A stretch of 64,000 nucleotides of DNA from the NCBI RefSeq assembly GCF_006345805.1, contig NC_043001.1, forward strand, positions 65,162,001 through 65,226,000. Reading direction: 5' to 3'. The translations under genes were made by a program, and so were the position numbers. Below are positions 62,775 to 64,000 of the stretch, piece by piece. Below the pieces are notes generated by a model, which was given only the letters and a program-made list of their open reading frames with translations, made no database searches and had not been told where the DNA came from. The stretch comes from Octopus sinensis. Taxonomy: Eukaryota. Positions within the stretch are counted from its first letter, which is position 1; the number at the start of each line of letters is the position of its first letter.

Positions 62775-62824
62775 TTTGTCAGTGAACAGGTCGCGGATTT
62801 TAGCGACGAAAATATTTTGACAAA
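62775..62824 (+). ncRNA. Type I hammerhead with G3:C8 core, IR4 right arm
   Basis: Identical to 58330-58379 on the opposite strand. Confidence 0.65.
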
Positions 62825-63142
62825 TTAAACTTAAATGTTGGAGTGAATCGAACGGCTTTTGTGTGTTTCTTAAATGGCTTATAAACACCTTCCACGCTGC
62901 AATTGTTTTCGTTTCAGCACACGATCTCAGATCAAATTACTTGCTATGCGAGTACATCTCCGTAATATATATATATATATATATATATATACAAAGAGCA
63001 ATAAAGATTCAAGTTAATTTAAAAAAATTTACTTGAATATGGTACCTAACTTAGATGCACCAAAAAAAAAACTATACTGATTTAACAATACAGTAATGTG
63101 GGGTGATTATAAGCGAGAAAGAAGCAACAAGAATGGATAGGT

Positions 63143-63233
63143 TTTTAGTACGATCGTTTCATACAAGGACAGGTTTTATTAAAAGTTGCAAAGATTACAG
63201 CATATAAACGAGTCCCGTACTCATCAGCTAAAA
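63143..63233 (-). ncRNA. Type I hammerhead in a PLE-tail-like repeat (~63070-63700)
   Basis: TTTTAG-CTGATGA-GTACGGGAC...GTCCTTGTAT-GAAA-CGATCGT-A-CTAAAA; ACGATCGT palindrome; GUA triplet. Confidence 0.7.
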
Positions 63234-64000
63234 TACATGTAAGTTCTCTAGACATCCTAGTGTTTGAGGCTATACTCATGAAGTAATGTAGATAATTAAA
63301 CAGATTTCTAAAGTTCATTAAAGTTCTTTAAAGATGATGTACAGTCTTATCACAGAATTTTAAAAAAGTTTTGATAGCATCACAGAGAAGGTGACCTAAT
63401 CCATATGAATTTCCATAGATATGATGAGGGATTATATACTCACAGAAGACAAATTTATCCATTGTTAATTACAACGAGGTGGGTCTCAATTCCTGCTTAT
63501 TAGCATTACAGAGAGGGTGAATTAATCCTTTGTATATATGCACAGATTCCAATGGTGTAGATGTAAATTTCCAGAGAAATGGAGATGAATTTCATATTCA
63601 CAGGCGATAAATTTTACAATGGTTGAACACAATGAGGTAGGTATCAATCCTTGTTATATGATTAGGTGTTTGCCATATTAATCACATTACTGCTATTCAC
63701 AAGAGGCTGTAGCTATTTAACTCTTAAAGGCTGAAGGGCTTACTAGATCGGCCAAGAATAGAGAAGGGAATAGAAGAAAAGAGAGAAAGTAATGGAGGAG
63801 GGAGCAAAAAGGGGGGGGAAAGGGGGACTAAAAGAGAAGAGAAAAGGAAACAGAGAATAAGAAGAAGAAAAAGAAAAAAGAGAAAAGAGAAAGAAATAGG
63901 GAAAGAAGGGAAAAAAAGAAAAAGAAGAGGGTTCTAGTTATACAGAAGAGCTAGTAGACTGTAAGTCTGGTTTTAATCAACAGGCATCTAGGAACTAGAG

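Larger units (their letters stand above)
58249..62963. mobile_element. Penelope-like element with inverted 3' arms, IR4 (58249-59785 and 61423-62907) plus a 56-bp tail
   Basis: Mirror sequences; unique RT core 59786-61422; (TA)n on both sides. Confidence 0.95.

Overview
Eukaryotic, AT- and microsatellite-rich genomic DNA. The repeat families resemble those I associate with octopus/cephalopod genomes, but the host is an inference. The only host gene found is a minus-strand M12B (ADAM/reprolysin-type) metalloprotease: six clear GT-AG exons (27146-26944, 19676-19575, 19322-19154, 10684-10570, 2146-2074, 1487-1410) plus a probable 27-nt micro-exon splice in frame through the prodomain and furin site into the catalytic domain. 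Its first exon was not located and the HExxH motif lies left of the window. The rest is mostly mobile DNA: RTE LINEs, RLE-LINE remnants, SINEs, Helitrons, Tc1/mariner derivatives, an intact young Ty3/gypsy element (40244-44495), and many Penelope-like element (PLE) pieces with type I hammerhead (HHR) motifs. Highlights: (1) the gypsy element's primer-binding site matches the first 12 nt of tRNA-Phe rather than a tRNA 3' end; (2) four fold-back palindromes each have outward-facing hammerheads and one arm cut at (TA)n; (3) one hammerhead family has a G3:C8 core swap; (4) a 428-bp retrozyme-like unit is present. All coordinates, pairings and identities were read by eye and may be off by a few bases. 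No database searches were run.
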